Source of the DNA: Chiloscyllium plagiosum
Lineage: Eukaryota
DNA: 64,000 bases
Assembly: GCF_004010195.1 (NCBI RefSeq)
Contig: NC_057713.1
Coordinates: 104,143,540 to 104,207,539, forward strand
Direction of reading: 5' to 3'
Below are positions 63,510 to 64,000 of the stretch, in pieces; the stretch's first letter is position 1, and every line of letters begins with the position of its first letter. The notes under the pieces were generated by a model that did no database searches, was not told where the DNA came from, and worked only from the letters and a program-made list of their open reading frames with translations. The position numbers and the translations under genes are program-made.

Positions 63510-64000
63510 TATAGAGTCATTGAGCATTGAAACAGACCTGTTGGTCCAACCAGTCCATGCTGACTGTGTTCCTAAACTAAACTAGTCCCACCTGCCTGCA
63601 GTTGGCCCATATCCCTCCAGGCCTTTCTTAGTTATGAACTTATCCAAATGTCTTTTAAATGTTGTAACTGTACCTGCATCCACCACTTCCTTTGGAAGTT
63701 CATTCCCCACACATGAACCACTCTCTGTGTAAATAATTTGCCTTTCATGTCACTTTTAAAACTCCCTCCTCTAATCTTAAAAATATACCCCCTAGTTTTT
63801 AACTCTCCCACCCTAGAGAAAAGACCATTGTCATTCACCTTAACCATGCTCCTCATAATTTTATAAACCTCAATAAGGTCATCCTTCAACCTCCTATGCT
63901 CCAGTGAAAAAAGCCTCAGCCTTTCCAGTCATTTTTATATCGCAAATACTCCATTCCCAGCAACAACCTGGTAAATCTTTTTTGAACCCTCTCCAGTTTA
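63510..64000 (-). mobile_element. HER1/CR1-type LINE 3' end (runs off window)
   Basis: ORF 63632-63889 reads KDDLIEVYKIMR...KTRG...FTQRVV. Confidence 0.85.

Overview
Eukaryotic (vertebrate) genomic DNA, almost certainly from a shark or other elasmobranch: it carries HE1-type V-SINEs, HER1/CR1 LINEs, a DeuSINE and Penelope-like elements. The window is mostly intronic sequence of a + strand calcium/calmodulin-dependent phosphodiesterase gene (PDE1, best match PDE1C). Six exons with GT-AG sites and consistent phases (5938-6039, 14807-14927, 17940-18021, 25492-25612, 27913-28088, 30281-30526) encode the C-terminal half of the catalytic domain and the charged tail. The 5' exons lie upstream of the window, and the terminal exon(s) could not be resolved. 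The introns are densely filled with nested retroelements. Four observations stand out. (1) A decayed Ty3/Gypsy element with Gmr1-like PR-IN-RT-RH order (35207-41347) carries an antisense, intronless ~345-bp ARIH1 cDNA fragment. It appears to derive from an exon-skipped transcript and has no poly(A) or TSD. (2) A perfect 130-bp direct repeat brackets a head-to-tail mini-SINE plus foreign sequence (26185-26866). (3) Penelope-borne minimal hammerhead ribozyme motifs lie sense to the PDE1 pre-mRNA, one of them intact (11234-11269). (4) Several insertions have clean target-site duplications. All homology calls were made by eye from recalled sequences, and repeat boundaries without TSDs are approximate.
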